Assembly: GCA_965226495.1 (NCBI GenBank)
Contig: OZ245365.1
Span: 5,472,001 to 5,536,000 of the forward strand
From: Candidatus Marinacidobacterales bacterium
Lineage (GTDB): Bacteria > Acidobacteriota > Vicinamibacteria > Marinacidobacterales > DATDRI01
Reading direction: 5' to 3'
Length of the DNA stretch: 64,000 nt
The translations under genes were made by a program, and so were the position numbers. Below, one piece after another: positions 63,166 to 64,000 of the stretch; position 1 is the first letter of the stretch; each line of letters starts with the position of its first letter. The notes under the pieces are model-generated. The model made no database searches and had not been told where the DNA came from. It saw only the letters and a list, made by a program, of their open reading frames with translations.

Positions 63166-64000
63166 TCAGCCTCTCCGATCCTCGAGCATCTTCAAGAAGT
63201 CTTCGAAAAGATAATGCGCGTCGTGTGGGCCTGGTGAAGCTTCGGGATGATATTGAACACTCATCGTCGGGGCGTTTTTGAGGCGAAAGCCCTCCAGTGT
63301 GCCGTCATTCAAGTTGAAGTGAGTGAGTTCCACAGAAAGACCCCGTAACGAATCCTCCTCCACGGCGAATCCGTGGTTTTGCGAAGTGATCTCCACCGCA
63401 CCGTCGGAAGCCCGCTTCACCGGATGGTTCGCCCCGTGATGGCCGAACGGTAGCTTGAAGGTTTTGCCGCCGACCGCAAGGCCAAGCACTTGGTGTCCGA
63501 GGCAGATTCCGAAGACCGGTAAGCGTTCCACGAGCTCTTTGGCGGCTTCGACAGCGTACGTGAGCGGCTCCGGATCGCCGGGCCCGTTGGAGAAGAAGAT
63601 GCCGTCGGGCTCGAGAGATAACGCGTCGCGTGCCGGGGTCTGGGCAGGTACGACCGTGGTGCGAATGCCGCAAGCGGCGAGACTTCGGAGAATTCCTCGC
63701 TTCATCCCCAGATCGTAGGCCACCACGTGGAATCGTTCTTGCGCAGTAGCCGGCCAAAAATATGGCTCGCGGCAGGTCACAACCTTCACTAAATCCGCGC
63801 CGATCATCTCCGGGATACTGCGAGCCTTCTCCGCATGCTCTCGGACAGGAGCCTCGGTCGTCGTCAGGACCGCACGCATCGCCCCCTTCGAGCGAATGTG
63901 CCGCGTCAGGGCGCGGGTATCGATACCGCAAATGGCAGGAATACCGTGTTCGGTCAGGTAACTCCCCAGCGTGCCCTCGGCACGGTGATTGCTCGCCACC
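63166..64000 (-). CDS. carA: carbamoyl-phosphate synthase small subunit (5' end outside the window)
   Basis: [28 protein letters not shown] and [12 protein letters not shown]. Confidence 0.96.
   Translation of the reverse strand, partial: VASNHRAEGTLGSYLTEHGIPAICGIDTRALTRHIRSKGAMRAVLTTTEAPVREHAEKARSIPEMIGADLVKVVTCREPYFWPATAQERFHVVAYDLGMKRGILRSLAACGIRTTVVPAQTPARDALSLEPDGIFFSNGPGDPEPLTYAVEAAKELVERLPVFGICLGHQVLGLAVGGKTFKLPFGHHGANHPVKRASDGAVEITSQNHGFAVEEDSLRGLSVELTHFNLNDGTLEGFRLKNAPTMSVQYHPEASPGPHDAHYLFEDFLKMLEDRRG

Overview
GC-rich bacterial genomic window, probably Acidobacteriota (judged from the look of the 16S 5' sequence and a large kinase-TPR protein; not computed). In order it holds: leuA (partial), metabolic genes (aldo-keto reductase, NhaC-type transporter, arylamine N-acetyltransferase, metallopeptidase + ATP-grasp + CocE/NonD operon, P450-hydrolase-EthD operon, amidohydrolase), a Wzx/Wzy polysaccharide locus with a PglF/E/D/C/A-like module, a complete rRNA operon (16S-Ile-Ala-23S-5S, minus strand), a Ser/Thr kinase, tyrS, purN, purM, carB and carA (partial). 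The most interesting part is a plus-strand block (17.5-29.2 kb) embedded in the polysaccharide locus. It encodes a 2,600-aa DUF11-repeat/C25 (gingipain/PorU-like) surface protein, followed by a 59-aa RiPP-like precursor (26315-26494, missing from the ORF track), an S26 peptidase, an HprK-like kinase, a PqqD/RRE protein and a radical SAM enzyme; a nucleotidyltransferase lies on the other side, next to wzc. It looks like a RiPP cassette without a lasso cyclase, possibly coupled to glycan synthesis and surface-protein anchoring. All family calls come from motif recognition by eye; no searches were run.
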